Positions 1 through 8,831 of a stretch of DNA of 64,000 nt are shown piece after piece. This DNA comes from an uncultured Planctomycetales bacterium (GTDB taxonomy: Bacteria; Omnitrophota; Gorgyraeia; Zapsychrales; JBDRMG01): positions 73,088 to 137,087 of the forward strand of contig CAYZIY010000001.1 in the NCBI GenBank assembly GCA_964478715.1. Reading direction: 5' to 3'. Numbering within the stretch: the first letter of the stretch is position 1; each line of letters opens with the position of its first letter. The position numbers and the translations under genes were made by a program. The notes below the pieces were generated by a model that was given only the letters and a program-made list of their open reading frames with translations, was not told the DNA's origin and made no database searches.

Positions 1-1
1 T

Positions 2-928
2 GAACCGATCTGGGTTGAAAAAGACGGTTCGACATTATTGGGTCTGCCTTCGTCCGGTTTAAAGATTTCCTATCTGCTGGATTATTCTCATACAGGTATC
101 CAAGCTCAGTTTATCAATCTTAAAATTTGCGCTGATACATTTGAGAGGGAAGTGGCTCCTTCGCGAACTTTTTGTCTGGAAAATGAAGCGGAATTGTTGA
201 AAAAAAGCGGACTGGGAAAGGGGGCTAATTACGAAAATACCCTCGTCATCAGCGAGAAAGGCGTCAAAAATAATACGGTGCGCTTTGAGAACGAACTGGC
301 CCGACATAAGATTCTGGACTTTGTCGGTGATGTTTATCTTCTGGGTTTACCTATTAAAGCCCAGGTTTTTGCCGTCAAAAGCGGCCATGCTCTGAACCTG
401 GCTTTTTTGAAGAAGGTGGCTGAGCAAATCAGAAAATATCAAGAACAGTCAGTAAAAAATTTTATTTCTTTTGATCAAGAGACAATCTTGGATATCAAGA
501 AAATTATGAGTATTTTGCCGCATCGCTATCCGTTTCTTTTGGTTGACCGTGTGATAGATTTGCAATCCGGGAAAAAGGCCGTCGGTATAAAAAATGTTAC
601 GGTCAATGACCAATTTTTCAACGGACATTTCCCTTCCCGCCCTATTATGCCGGGTGTTTTGATGGTCGAGGCAATGGCTCAAGTAGCGGGCATCGCCCTT
701 TTAACCGATCCCCAGCATTCATCGCAGTGGGCCCTTTTTATGGCGGCCAATAATGTGAAATTCCGAAAGATGGTTGTTCCCGGTGATCAGTTAATCATGG
801 AAGCCGAAATCATGCGGATGCGATCCAAAATAGCTCAGGCTCACGGAACGGTCCGAGTTAACGGGGAAGTGGTGGCGGAAACGGACTTAGTGTTTTCTTT
901 TATGGAAGAGGATTTTCTTAGAACATGA
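2..928 (+). CDS. lpxC-fabZ: Bifunctional UDP-3-O-acyl-GlcNAc deacetylase / 3-hydroxyacyl-ACP dehydratase (LpxC-FabZ fusion); 5' partial, the frame is open to window position 2
   Basis: The N-terminal part matches the LpxC C-terminal region (HKILDFVGD, KSGHALN). The C-terminal part has the FabZ hot-dog signature (LPHRYPFLLVDRV ... GHFP.RPIMPGVLMVEAMAQ). The frame has no stop upstream to the window edge, and the 3' end overlaps the lpxA start as ATGA. Confidence 0.8.
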   Translation, partial: EPIWVEKDGSTLLGLPSSGLKISYLLDYSHTGIQAQFINLKICADTFEREVAPSRTFCLENEAELLKKSGLGKGANYENTLVISEKGVKNNTVRFENELARHKILDFVGDVYLLGLPIKAQVFAVKSGHALNLAFLKKVAEQIRKYQEQSVKNFISFDQETILDIKKIMSILPHRYPFLLVDRVIDLQSGKKAVGIKNVTVNDQFFNGHFPSRPIMPGVLMVEAMAQVAGIALLTDPQHSSQWALFMAANNVKFRKMVVPGDQLIMEAEIMRMRSKIAQAHGTVRVNGEVVAETDLVFSFMEEDFLRT

Positions 929-1713
929 TGGATACGGAAACGCAAATACATCCAACGGCTATTATTTATCCCGGAGCTAAATTGGCTGCTGGTGTCAGCG
1001 TAGGCCCTCATAGCGTCATCGGAAGCGATGTGCATATCAAAGAAAATACGAAAATAGGATGTTTCTGTCTAATTGAAGGTCGTGCGATCATTGGTCGCGA
1101 CTGTCATGTTTTTTCCGGGGCTGTCGTTGGCAGTATTCCGCAGGATAAAAAGTTTAAAACAGAAGAAGAAACATATTTGGAAATTGGAGACCGCAATATT
1201 ATTCGGGAATATGTTACGATCAATCCCGGTACCGGCGAAGGCGGGAAAACGATTATCGGTCACGACAATCTCTTTATGGCCTACTCCCATATTGCCCATG
1301 ACTGCCTGATTGGCAATCACTGTGTAGTGGCCAATAGCGGAACTTTAGCCGGTCATGTCACTTTAGAAGACAGGGCGGTTGTCGGCGGATTAACCGCTAT
1401 ACATCAGTTTGTTCGCTTGGGGAAAATGTGCATTGTCGGAGGTTGTTCCAAGGTTGTGCAGGATACCCCTCCATTTTCTCTCTGCGACGGTCATCCGGTT
1501 AAAGTTTACAGCTTGAATCTGGTTGGTCTGAAAAGAGCCAAAATGTCTCCGGAGACAATCAAGATATTGCGCAAGGCTTTCAAAATCTTGTTTTTTTCCG
1601 GTTTGACGAAGAAAACGGCGGTTGTCAAAATCCAAAACGAATTATCTGTCACTCCTGAGATCGAACACCTGATCACCTTTATTAATACCTCCAGACGAGG
1701 CCTGTGCCGTTGA
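925..1713 (+). CDS. lpxA: Acyl-ACP--UDP-N-acetylglucosamine O-acyltransferase LpxA
   Basis: 262 aa with left-handed beta-helix hexapeptide repeats and LpxA-length C-terminal helical domain; immediately downstream of lpxC-fabZ, the canonical position. Confidence 0.85.
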   Translation: MMDTETQIHPTAIIYPGAKLAAGVSVGPHSVIGSDVHIKENTKIGCFCLIEGRAIIGRDCHVFSGAVVGSIPQDKKFKTEEETYLEIGDRNIIREYVTINPGTGEGGKTIIGHDNLFMAYSHIAHDCLIGNHCVVANSGTLAGHVTLEDRAVVGGLTAIHQFVRLGKMCIVGGCSKVVQDTPPFSLCDGHPVKVYSLNLVGLKRAKMSPETIKILRKAFKILFFSGLTKKTAVVKIQNELSVTPEIEHLITFINTSRRGLCR

Positions 1714-2537
1714 ATTCCTTCATGAAAGATCTTCCCGGAAAAGTCGGTCTGATTGCCGGAAACGGAAAATTTCCTCTGCTTTTTGCGAGGGAAGCCAAAC
1801 AGAGAGGAAAAAAAGTAATCGCTGTGGGGATCAAGGGTGATACTCCGTTTTTACTGAAATTTCTAGTCGATCAAATGGTGTGGGTTGGACCCGGTGAATT
1901 AACAAAACTGTTCTCCTTTTTTAAAGACGCCTGTGTTTCTCACGTGATTATGGCCGGACAAGTTAATCCGGCTAATTTATTTGATAGCCATATTGCGCCT
2001 GACAGCGAATTCAAGAAGTTATTTGACGCTATGCATGATCGCAAGGCGGATACAATCTTTTCGGCCGTGGCGGACCGCCTTAAAGAAGAAGGATTGCAGC
2101 TTCTGGATTCCACGCTGCTCGTAGAAGACTATCTGGCGCCAAAAGGAACTCTGACCCGCAGAGCTCCGACGATCAGTGAGCTTAAAGATATTGCTTTTGG
2201 ACAAGAGATTGCCCGGGCTATGGGATCACTGGATGTCGGTCAGACGGTTGTGGTCAAGGAAAAAGCGATCGTAGCCATTGAAGCCATGGAGGGGACCGAT
2301 AGAACAATTTTAAGAGGAGGATGCTTCGTCCGACGGGGAGCGGTGGTCGTGAAAATGAGTAAGCCGGGTCAGGATTTACGTTTTGATATTCCTGTCATCG
2401 GACCCCGGACTATTAAGAATATGATCAGGGCCAAGGCGGCATGCTTAGCCATCGAATCGGGTAAAACGCTGATTATTGATTTTGAAAAATGCGTGAAGAT
2501 GTGTAATAAAGCGAGAATAAGCCTGGTTGCCGCGTAA
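1704..2537 (+). CDS. lpxI: LpxI-like UDP-2,3-diacylglucosamine hydrolase (DUF1009 family)
   Basis: 277 aa with the N-terminal GLIAGNGKFPLL motif typical of LpxI. It follows lpxA, as in Caulobacter and Aquifex. Confidence 0.55.
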   Translation: MPLNSFMKDLPGKVGLIAGNGKFPLLFAREAKQRGKKVIAVGIKGDTPFLLKFLVDQMVWVGPGELTKLFSFFKDACVSHVIMAGQVNPANLFDSHIAPDSEFKKLFDAMHDRKADTIFSAVADRLKEEGLQLLDSTLLVEDYLAPKGTLTRRAPTISELKDIAFGQEIARAMGSLDVGQTVVVKEKAIVAIEAMEGTDRTILRGGCFVRRGAVVVKMSKPGQDLRFDIPVIGPRTIKNMIRAKAACLAIESGKTLIIDFEKCVKMCNKARISLVAA

Positions 2538-2552
2538 AAAAAAGGAGAGAAT

Positions 2553-2888
2553 ATGACGTATTTAGAATTGCTTAATAATATTAAAGAAATTTCTTATGCG
2601 GAAATTCGTGAAGATAGTGAGAATTATCTGGAAGCCGTTTTTACAAATGACAAAGAAAAACAGATTAGCGATACACTCTCCTCTTTTTTTCAAACTCCCT
2701 ATAAACCGGCAGGCCAGGATCCCTCAAAAGAAGCCCTTGAACAGACCACGGAGTGGGGCGGAATACGAAAAGATCAGACGCTTTATTTGCGTGAACAAGA
2801 AGGACTCCTTTATTGTGCCATGCTATGGCCCTGGTCTGACCAAGAGCATACGACTCTTAAAATTGCCCAGTTCCAGCAAAAGAAGTAG
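2553..2888 (+). CDS. Hypothetical protein (111 aa)
   Basis: ORF with a strong RBS (AAGGAGAG 6 nt upstream of ATG); no recognisable domain. Confidence 0.3.
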   Translation: MTYLELLNNIKEISYAEIREDSENYLEAVFTNDKEKQISDTLSSFFQTPYKPAGQDPSKEALEQTTEWGGIRKDQTLYLREQEGLLYCAMLWPWSDQEHTTLKIAQFQQKK

Positions 2889-2980
2889 CTATCCCTATCG
2901 TCTGAAAGAATTTTCTATGAAATAATTGTAACTTTATTTGTTTCATAATGTTGCGATTATTTTCATTCGCAGTCTTTTGA

Positions 2981-3009
2981 TTGACACCCATTTTTGTTTT
3001 CTATATAAT
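2981..3009 (+). promoter_or_regulatory. Consensus sigma70 promoter for lysS
   Basis: TTGACA (2981-2986), an exact 17-nt spacer, TATAAT (3004-3009). The lysS ATG at 3047 is preceded by AAGGATGG. Confidence 0.6.
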
Positions 3010-3046
3010 AAAATACTTAATATTACTATAAATTAAGGATGGTCAA

Positions 3047-4492
3047 ATGGATGCCCAAGAAATCAAAATGATTAGAATAAAAAAGCTCGAAGATCTTTAT
3101 CAAAAAGGAATTTACCCTTATGGTGGAAAATTCTTGCGCAGCAATTCTATCGCTCAAATTCTTGAGGATTTTCAAGAAAATAATAAAGTTGTCATAGCCG
3201 GACGCGTTATGGCCAATCGTAAGCACGGCAAAGTACTGTTTGTTGACCTGCAAGATCAAAGCGGAAAAATTCAGCTTTATATTAAAGCCGATCATGTGGG
3301 CGAAGATCAATTTCAACTTGTTGCTGATTTAGATATCGGTGATATTATTGGAGTCGAGGGAGAGCTGTTTAAAACCCGTACCGGACAGGAGAGTGTGCGC
3401 GCTACTCGGATGACCGTTTTGAGCAAATCCCTGATGACGCTGCCCGAAAAGTGGCATGGATTGAAGGATGTTGAAGTACGCTATCGTCAGCGCTACATTG
3501 ATCTGATTGTTAATCAAGATGTTCGGGAAGTTTTTCGCAAAAGAAGTTCGATCATCAGTTTTATCCGCAGGTTTTTAGATCAGCGCGGTTTTTTGGAGGT
3601 GGAAACTCCTATGTTGCAGCCGATGGCCGGAGGGGCTCGCGGCCGACCGTTTGAAAGTAAGCACAATGCCTATGATATGGATGTTTATTTGCGTATCGCT
3701 CCCGAACTTTATTTAAAGAGATTACTCGTTGGTGGACTTGAAAAGGTTTATGAGATAAACAGGAATTTCAGAAACGAAGGGGTCTCAACTCGCCACAATC
3801 CGGAATTCACTATGCTCGAAGTCTATGAAGCATACGCGGATTTCAGCGATATGATGAGGCTGACCGAAGAGATGATCAGTAGTTTGGTCAAGGATCTTTA
3901 CGGTTCTTATGCAATCAGATATCAGGATCAGAAAATCGATTTCTCCCCTCCGTGGCAGCGTCGTTCGTTTGCCGAGATGGTGAAAGAAAAATTCGATATC
4001 AATCCCGAAGATGACGCGAAAACAATGTTTGAGAAAGTCAGAGAAAAACGGAAAGTCAAGGGTGTGGATAAGCTGACGCGTTCGGCGGTGATGAAGATTG
4101 TAGAGGATTTACTCGAAGAGGAGGCAACGATCCAGCCGGTTTTCTTTACCGATTATTTTTCATTTCTCTGTCCGTTAGCTAAAACGCATCCAAATAATCC
4201 ATTGGTTTCTCAGCGTTTTGAACTTTTTATTTGCGGGTTAGAAGTAGGCAATGCTTACTCCGAGCTGAATGATCCCCAAGAGCAACGTAAGCGCTTGCTG
4301 GACGATCTTAAGGATGATACAGAAACGGGCTTACGTTCTATTGATGAAGATTTTGTCCATGCCTTAGAATATGGGATGCCTCCGGCGGGAGGATTAGGGA
4401 TAGGTGTAGATCGACTGGCGATGATTTTAACAAATGCGCCCTCCATTCGGGACGTGATCTTGTTTCCTTTGATGAAGCCGCAACAGACATGA
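3047..4492 (+). CDS. lysS: Lysine--tRNA ligase (class II)
   Basis: 481 aa with an N-terminal OB anticodon-binding domain and class II motifs (RNEGVSTRHNPEFTMLE, GGLGIGVDRL). Confidence 0.9.
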   Translation: MDAQEIKMIRIKKLEDLYQKGIYPYGGKFLRSNSIAQILEDFQENNKVVIAGRVMANRKHGKVLFVDLQDQSGKIQLYIKADHVGEDQFQLVADLDIGDIIGVEGELFKTRTGQESVRATRMTVLSKSLMTLPEKWHGLKDVEVRYRQRYIDLIVNQDVREVFRKRSSIISFIRRFLDQRGFLEVETPMLQPMAGGARGRPFESKHNAYDMDVYLRIAPELYLKRLLVGGLEKVYEINRNFRNEGVSTRHNPEFTMLEVYEAYADFSDMMRLTEEMISSLVKDLYGSYAIRYQDQKIDFSPPWQRRSFAEMVKEKFDINPEDDAKTMFEKVREKRKVKGVDKLTRSAVMKIVEDLLEEEATIQPVFFTDYFSFLCPLAKTHPNNPLVSQRFELFICGLEVGNAYSELNDPQEQRKRLLDDLKDDTETGLRSIDEDFVHALEYGMPPAGGLGIGVDRLAMILTNAPSIRDVILFPLMKPQQT

Positions 4493-5688
4493 ATATTGAA
4501 GGTCTTATTAGTTATCGTTATTTGACAATTAAAAAAGAACGGTTTTTGTCTGTTATCAATTTTGTCGCGGTGACTGGTGTAGCCATTGGGGTTGCTGCGT
4601 TGATTGTTGTAATTGGGGTGATGACCGGCTTTGATCAGGAATTGAGAGACAAAATCATCGGAACAAATTCTCATATTGTTATTGAGAAAGAAGTCGGCAT
4701 TCGCGATTATCAGAAAGTTCGCTCGGCTATTGCAGGTATTGAGGGAATCGAAGCGACTACTCCTTATATTCAGGGGCATGTCTTTATCGAAGTCGAAAAT
4801 CAGGTTGTTCCTGTGAGCTTAAGAGGTGTTGAGCCGAAAAGCGGAATACACGTGACGGATTTTGAACAGTATCTCAAAGAAGGGAACCTGCAGGGGTTAA
4901 GCGGTGATCAAGTTTTCATCGGTAGTGAATTTTCCCGGTATTTCGGTTATCAATTGGGTGATGAAATCATGGTGATTTCGCCTAAATCGGGGTTAAGTGG
5001 AGAGGGCTGGCGTTATCAGTTGACAGTTGCCGGGATTTTTTCATCGGGGAAATATGATTATGATATGAATCTCGCTCTGGTTTCGATTCCAATGGCCCAG
5101 CAGATTTTTCATTTTCCCGATGATTTAGCGACAGGGATTGCTGTGAAGCTCAAAGATATTTATCAGGCCAAGGAGATCAAGCAGGAAGTTCTCGAGCGAT
5201 TGGGTTTTGCTTTCTTGGTGAGAACCTGGATAGAGTCTAATCAGAATTTCTTTTCGGCTTTGGCTTTAGAGAAATTCGCTATGTTTGTCATTCTGGCTTT
5301 GATTATTCTGGTCGCGTCTTTTAATATCGTTAGTACACTGATTGTGACTGTTTCCAGCAAAACCAAGGACATCGGGATCTTAAAATCCATCGGGGTTTCC
5401 AAAAGTTCTATTATACGGATTTTCACCATCCAGGGAATCATGATCGGGCTATCCGGAATTTTTTGGGGATTATGCGGGGGTCTCGGTTTAAGCTATTTGT
5501 TAAAGAGATATCAATTTATACAGATCCCCCAGGATATTTATTATTTTGACAAACTGCCGGTTGTTTTAGAGCTTGGGGATTTATTGGCTATCGTCAGCTG
5601 TGCCCTTATTATCAGTTATTTGGCAACGATTTATCCGGCTTGGAAAGCGGCTAATCTTCAGCCGGTCCATGCGTTGAGGTACGAATAG
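4489..5688 (+). CDS. lolE: Lipoprotein-releasing system permease LolC/LolE (FtsX-like)
   Basis: 399 aa with an N-terminal TM, a large periplasmic MacB-like domain and a C-terminal FtsX 3-TM bundle; it is followed by an ATPase. Confidence 0.7.
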   Translation: MNIEGLISYRYLTIKKERFLSVINFVAVTGVAIGVAALIVVIGVMTGFDQELRDKIIGTNSHIVIEKEVGIRDYQKVRSAIAGIEGIEATTPYIQGHVFIEVENQVVPVSLRGVEPKSGIHVTDFEQYLKEGNLQGLSGDQVFIGSEFSRYFGYQLGDEIMVISPKSGLSGEGWRYQLTVAGIFSSGKYDYDMNLALVSIPMAQQIFHFPDDLATGIAVKLKDIYQAKEIKQEVLERLGFAFLVRTWIESNQNFFSALALEKFAMFVILALIILVASFNIVSTLIVTVSSKTKDIGILKSIGVSKSSIIRIFTIQGIMIGLSGIFWGLCGGLGLSYLLKRYQFIQIPQDIYYFDKLPVVLELGDLLAIVSCALIISYLATIYPAWKAANLQPVHALRYE

Positions 5689-5689
5689 C

Positions 5690-6358
5690 ATGATAAAAGC
5701 CAGCAATGTTCACAAGACCTTTGAGCAGCTTGCCCAGCCATTGCATGTGTTAAAAGGGATCAACTTGGAGCTATCGGCAGGCGATTTTATTTCCATCTCA
5801 GGCCCTTCCGGGGCTGGAAAATCGACGCTGTTGCATATTTTAGGAGGATTGGATCAACCGACGCAAGGACAGGTGATGCTGGAAGGGGAAAACATCCATA
5901 AGCTGAGTGATCGCCGACTTTCGGATATACGAAACAAAAAATTCGGATTTGTTTTTCAGTTTTATCATCTTCTTCCGGAATTCAGCGCAATGGAAAATAT
6001 TTTTCTTCCCGGATTAGTTGCCAAGAATACCGGATTAAAGAGATTGAAAGAAAGAGCTCTTTTTCTTTTAGACCGGGTGGGATTGAAGCAGAGGGCTGAT
6101 CACAGGCCCTATCAGCTCTCGGGAGGCGAGCAGCAACGCGTGGCCATCGCGCGGGCCTTGATGAATGAGCCGGAGCTGATTTTATGCGATGAACCTACTG
6201 GGAATTTGGATTCCCAGTCTGGTCAGGACGTGTTGGCCTTATTGACCCGACTGAATCAAGAAAGTGGCCAGGCCTTGATTATTGTGACGCACGATGAGAA
6301 TCTCGCCGAGAAAGCTCGTAGACGTTTGCGGATTAAAGATGGAGTGATCATTTCATAA
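5690..6358 (+). CDS. lolD: Lipoprotein-releasing system ATP-binding protein LolD
   Basis: 222-aa ABC ATPase with Walker [10 protein letters not shown], signature LSGGEQQR and Walker B ILCDEPT; it pairs with the upstream permease. Confidence 0.75.
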   Translation: MIKASNVHKTFEQLAQPLHVLKGINLELSAGDFISISGPSGAGKSTLLHILGGLDQPTQGQVMLEGENIHKLSDRRLSDIRNKKFGFVFQFYHLLPEFSAMENIFLPGLVAKNTGLKRLKERALFLLDRVGLKQRADHRPYQLSGGEQQRVAIARALMNEPELILCDEPTGNLDSQSGQDVLALLTRLNQESGQALIIVTHDENLAEKARRRLRIKDGVIIS

Positions 6359-6374
6359 ACAAGCGAGGAGGCCT

Positions 6375-7238
6375 ATGAAAGTTTATTTAAACGGAAAACT
6401 CGTGGATAGAAAAGAGGCAAAGATTTCTGTGTTTGATCACGGACTCCTTTACGGAGACGGGGTCTTTGAAGGAATCCGATCCTACAATGGCTTGATTCTT
6501 ATGTGCCAGGAGCACATCGAAAGGCTTTATGAGTCAGCCCATACTCTGATGATTAGCATACCCTTGACCAAAAGTCAGATGATTAAGGCTATCATTCAAA
6601 CGCTTAAAGATAATAAGCTCAAAGATGCCTACATTCGCGTGGTGGTCACCCGCGGCGAGGGTGACCTCGGGCTTGATCCGAAGAAATGCAAAGGACAGGG
6701 TAGTGTGATCATCATTACTGATAAAATTGTTCTTTATCCTCCGGCTTTATATCAAAAAGGTTTGGAAATCATTACGGTACCTACTGTGCGCAATCTGCCG
6801 GAGGCTTTGAATCCGCGTTTGAAATCACTCAATTATCTTAATAATATCCTCGCAAAGATTGAGGCGGGAAACAGCGGATTTGATGAAGCGATTATGCTTG
6901 ATCCCCATGGCTTTGTGGCCGAGTGCACCGGGGACAACATTCTCATTGTTAAAAACAATGTGATTAAAACGCCTAGTCAGGGACGCTTAACCGGGATTAC
7001 GAGGGACTGCGTGCTTGATTTGGCAAAGAAAAGCAGGATCAAAACCGAAGAAACGCTCATTACTCGTCATGAAATATATGTGGCTGATGAATGTTTTTTA
7101 ACCGGAACCGCTGCGGAGCTGATTCCTGTTGTCAAAGTGGACGGTCGGGTGATTGGAGGCGGAAAACCCGGGAAAATGACCCTTAAGCTTATGCGTCAAT
7201 TTCGTCAATTGACAAAATCAAAAGGTGTTCGGTATTAA
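6375..7238 (+). CDS. ilvE: Class IV (branched-chain / D-amino-acid) aminotransferase
   Basis: 287 aa; FDHGLLYGDGVFEGIRSY and the fold-type IV PLP layout. Confidence 0.6.
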   Translation: MKVYLNGKLVDRKEAKISVFDHGLLYGDGVFEGIRSYNGLILMCQEHIERLYESAHTLMISIPLTKSQMIKAIIQTLKDNKLKDAYIRVVVTRGEGDLGLDPKKCKGQGSVIIITDKIVLYPPALYQKGLEIITVPTVRNLPEALNPRLKSLNYLNNILAKIEAGNSGFDEAIMLDPHGFVAECTGDNILIVKNNVIKTPSQGRLTGITRDCVLDLAKKSRIKTEETLITRHEIYVADECFLTGTAAELIPVVKVDGRVIGGGKPGKMTLKLMRQFRQLTKSKGVRY

Positions 7239-7261
7239 TTTGTTAGCATTCTATTGAGGAA

Positions 7262-7777
7262 GTGTTTATGCAATGTGATATTTGCCACAAAAAGAAAGCG
7301 ACGGTGCATTTAACGGAAATCGTCGATGAACAGATGACCGAATTGCATCTCTGCGAAGAATGCGCGAGGGAGAAAAGTGTTCAGATGGAACAGCAATTCG
7401 GATTGGCCGACCTTTTGGCCGGCCTTACAGATTTCAGCAAACAAAATAAAAGTGTTGAGAAGGTGAAACTCGTCTGCTCCAAATGCGGCCTCAGCTACGA
7501 AGACTTTCGCAAATTCGGACGTTTAGGATGTAGTGGATGTTATCCGTCTTTTCGCGATCATCTGGGCGTATTGCTTAAACGTATTCACGGATCTAATCGT
7601 CATTTGGGCAAGGCCCCTGTCAAGATGTCCAAGGCTACTCAAAAAGCCGTGTATAGCGCCAAGGACCTCAAGGAGCAGCTTAAAAAGGCGATAGATATGG
7701 AGCAATTCGAAGAGGCGGCAAAAATCAGAGATAAGATCAGGGAACTGGAGCAGAAGAAAAACAAAAAGAAGGAATAA
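7262..7777 (+). CDS. mcsA: McsA-like protein (Zn-finger plus UVR domain, activator of McsB)
   Basis: Two CxxC pairs at the N-terminus (CDICHKK..CEEC; CSKCG..CSGC). The C-terminal UVR motif (EQFEEAAKIRDKIRELE) sits directly upstream of mcsB. Confidence 0.7.
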   Translation: MFMQCDICHKKKATVHLTEIVDEQMTELHLCEECAREKSVQMEQQFGLADLLAGLTDFSKQNKSVEKVKLVCSKCGLSYEDFRKFGRLGCSGCYPSFRDHLGVLLKRIHGSNRHLGKAPVKMSKATQKAVYSAKDLKEQLKKAIDMEQFEEAAKIRDKIRELEQKKNKKKE

Positions 7778-7778
7778 T

Positions 7779-8831
7779 GTGAAACTCGAGCATTTGATTC
7801 ATAATACAGGGGAATGGCTCAAAGGGACGGGTCATAAAGCCAATATTGTTATGTCTTCTCGTATTCGCCTGGCCCGCAATTTGGATAAATACCCATTTCC
7901 CAACAGGGCCAATAAGAAGGCCATGGATGAAGTAATCCAGGTGATCGAGGAAACCATCAAAAAAATTCCGATTTTTAAGGATTCCACTCTCTTTAAAATG
8001 AGTGAGCTAGATAATATCGATAAACAGTTTTTGGTGGAAAGACATTTGATGAGCCATGACCATGCCGGGCAGGGTTATGGACGGGGACTGGTTGTATCTA
8101 AAGAAGAAGTTCTTTCCATGATGATTAACGAAGAAGATCATTTGAGGATTCAGGTTATGCAGTCGGGTTTCAATTTGTTTGAAACTTGGGAGATTATCGA
8201 TGCCATCGATAATTCGCTTTCTAAAGAACTTCAGTTTGCTTTTCTTTCCGACTGGGGTTATTGCACGGCCTGTCCGACCAATACGGGAACAGGAATGCGT
8301 GGTTCGGTGATGTTGCATTTGCCCGCTTTGGTGATGACAAAGCAGATCAATAAAGTTCTCTCGGCAATTTCCAAACTCAGTTTCGCCTCCCGTGGATTTT
8401 ACGGAGAGGGAACGCATTCACACGGTAATTTCTTCCAGATTTCAAATCAGATATCGCTAGGACATAGTGAAACCGAAATCATACAAAATATCAACGGCTT
8501 GATCCGACAAGTGATTGAGCAGGAAGAACAGGCCCGACAGGCCTTGTTGCTGCAGAACCGCTCCATGATGGAAGACAAAATATTTCGTTCATTGGGTGTT
8601 TTAAAAAGTGCTCATATTATTTCGAGCCAGGAAACGGCTGAATTATTATCTATGGTCCGCTTGGGGATCGATATGGGTTTGATTCAAGACGTTAAAAAGA
8701 CGGCTATCAATGAATTGTTTATTATGATTCAACCGGCTCATTTACAAAAAATCGAAGGAAAAAAATTAAGCGCGCCCGAGAGAGATGCCAAGCGCGCTGA
8801 CTTGATCCGTACAAAATTAGGAGGGAAATAA
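7779..8831 (+). CDS. mcsB: Protein arginine kinase McsB (ATP:guanido phosphotransferase)
   Basis: 350 aa with a phosphagen-kinase catalytic domain (CPTNTGTGMR, EEDHLRIQ); GTG start 2 nt after the mcsA stop. Confidence 0.85.
   Translation: MKLEHLIHNTGEWLKGTGHKANIVMSSRIRLARNLDKYPFPNRANKKAMDEVIQVIEETIKKIPIFKDSTLFKMSELDNIDKQFLVERHLMSHDHAGQGYGRGLVVSKEEVLSMMINEEDHLRIQVMQSGFNLFETWEIIDAIDNSLSKELQFAFLSDWGYCTACPTNTGTGMRGSVMLHLPALVMTKQINKVLSAISKLSFASRGFYGEGTHSHGNFFQISNQISLGHSETEIIQNINGLIRQVIEQEEQARQALLLQNRSMMEDKIFRSLGVLKSAHIISSQETAELLSMVRLGIDMGLIQDVKKTAINELFIMIQPAHLQKIEGKKLSAPERDAKRADLIRTKLGGK

Noticed and set aside
2596-2925. 109-aa K/R-rich ORF overlapping the 2553-2888 ORF in another frame
   Set aside because: Low-complexity basic sequence with no RBS. 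The 2553 ORF has a strong AAGGAGAG RBS and is the more plausible gene; this one is an alternate-frame shadow.
3010-3046. Looked for a T-box or lysine riboswitch leader upstream of lysS
   Set aside because: The consensus promoter leaves only about 30 nt of 5' UTR, too short for either element.
8007-8417. 136-aa minus-strand ORF inside mcsB
   Set aside because: Antisense to a well-supported conserved gene, with no start context; a typical shadow ORF.
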